From Candidatus Sericytochromatia bacterium (GTDB lineage: Bacteria > Cyanobacteriota > Sericytochromatia > S15B-MN24 > UBA4093), in NCBI GenBank assembly GCA_036676455.1, contig JAKFCW010000044.1, positions 1,212 through 65,211 on the forward strand: a stretch of DNA of 64,000 bases. Reading direction: 5' to 3'. Positions 63,378-64,000 of the stretch are shown one piece after another. The position numbers and the translations under genes are program-made. Positions within the stretch are counted from its first letter, which is position 1. Each line of letters begins with the position of its first letter. The notes under the pieces are model-generated. The model was not told the origin of the DNA, did not search any database, and saw nothing but the letters and a program-made list of their open reading frames with translations.

Positions 63378-63440
63378 GTAGCGTGCTTGGCGGGATTCTT
63401 ACTTCCAGTACACGTTCTTGGGCATTGGAAATCGCTCCCG

Positions 63441-64000
63441 CTAGCGGGACTGTTGCTCCATCCACTCGACCATCCGCTTCTCAAGGATGTCGAGCGGCAA
63501 GGCTCCCTGGCTCAGGAGCGCGTGGTGGAACTCGCGAAGGTTGAACTTGCTGCCGAGCTTCGCGGCCGCACGCGTGCGCAGGTCCTTGATCGACAGTTCG
63601 CCCACCTTGTACGAGAGGGCTTGGCCCGGGTTGCCGAGGTAGCGGTCCACCTCGTTGGTGGCTTCCAACTCGGTCTTGGCGGCGTTCGATAGGAAGAAGG
63701 CGATCGCCTTCTTCCTATCCCAGCCCTCATGATGCAGTCCGGTGTCGAGCACCAGGCGCAGGGCCCGCCGCATCTCCATGTTGAGCTTGCCGAAGCGGAT
63801 GTAGGGATCCTCGTAAAGGCCGAGTTCCTCGCCCAACGACTCCGAGTAGAGGCCCCAGCCCTCGATGTAGGCGGTATACCCTCCGAAACGCCGGAAATCC
63901 GGCAGCTCGCTCAGCTCCTGGGCCAGCGCGATCTGCAGGTGATGGCCGGGCACGGTCTCGTGGAGTAGAAGCGGCGCCATTTCGTAGGTGGGCCGTTCCT
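63441..64000 (-). CDS. DUF885-family putative metallopeptidase (C-terminal part; continues past the window end)
   Basis: HETVPGHH motif and the DUF885-type C-terminus. The reading frame is open to position 64000. Confidence 0.8.
   Translation of the reverse strand, partial: ERPTYEMAPLLLHETVPGHHLQIALAQELSELPDFRRFGGYTAYIEGWGLYSESLGEELGLYEDPYIRFGKLNMEMRRALRLVLDTGLHHEGWDRKKAIAFFLSNAAKTELEATNEVDRYLGNPGQALSYKVGELSIKDLRTRAAAKLGSKFNLREFHHALLSQGALPLDILEKRMVEWMEQQSR

Overview
High-GC (about two thirds G+C by hand count) bacterial chromosome segment. It is gene-dense, with many translationally coupled junctions and long perfect-palindrome hairpins at gene ends. I found no CRISPR array, transposase, integrase or phage gene.

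Coordinates 1-48 kb are mostly core functions:
- Translation and replication: argS, alaS, valS, rplI, dnaB, holB, rnhA, and two tandem tRNA-Ala(GGC) genes.
- Metabolism and envelope: purA, tmk, murI, speA, a cysteine desulfurase, rlmH and ricT.
- Signalling genes are interspersed among these: a YajQ-type protein, a degenerate GGDEF protein with a retained I-site, a PAS-GAF-PAS sensor next to a PAS-GGDEY-EAL enzyme, two sensor kinases and one orphan response regulator.

Lineage is inference only. The mix of Firmicute-like synteny (YaaO-type decarboxylase near tmk, holB-ricT, DUF1934-argS), cyanobacterial-type genes (LdpA-like Fe-S protein, Ycf45/R3H ATPase) and diderm markers (TolC) suggests a Terrabacteria or cyanobacteria-related diderm lineage.

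The best candidate for an undescribed system is an accessory envelope-defence-like region at about 48.9-59.6 kb:
- a CPBP protease, ArsR/SdpR and SdpI operon behind an AT-rich double-palindrome operator;
- a convergent mini zinc-ribbon ORF;
- a novel lipoprotein built from a duplicated domain;
- a MerR-TolC-adaptor-two FtsX permeases-ATPase operon.

A low-GC islet at 62.3-63.4 kb carries a PH-like membrane protein gene interrupted by a single in-frame TAG.

Many long ORFs in the six-frame track are antisense or off-frame shadows typical of high-GC DNA, and I rejected them.
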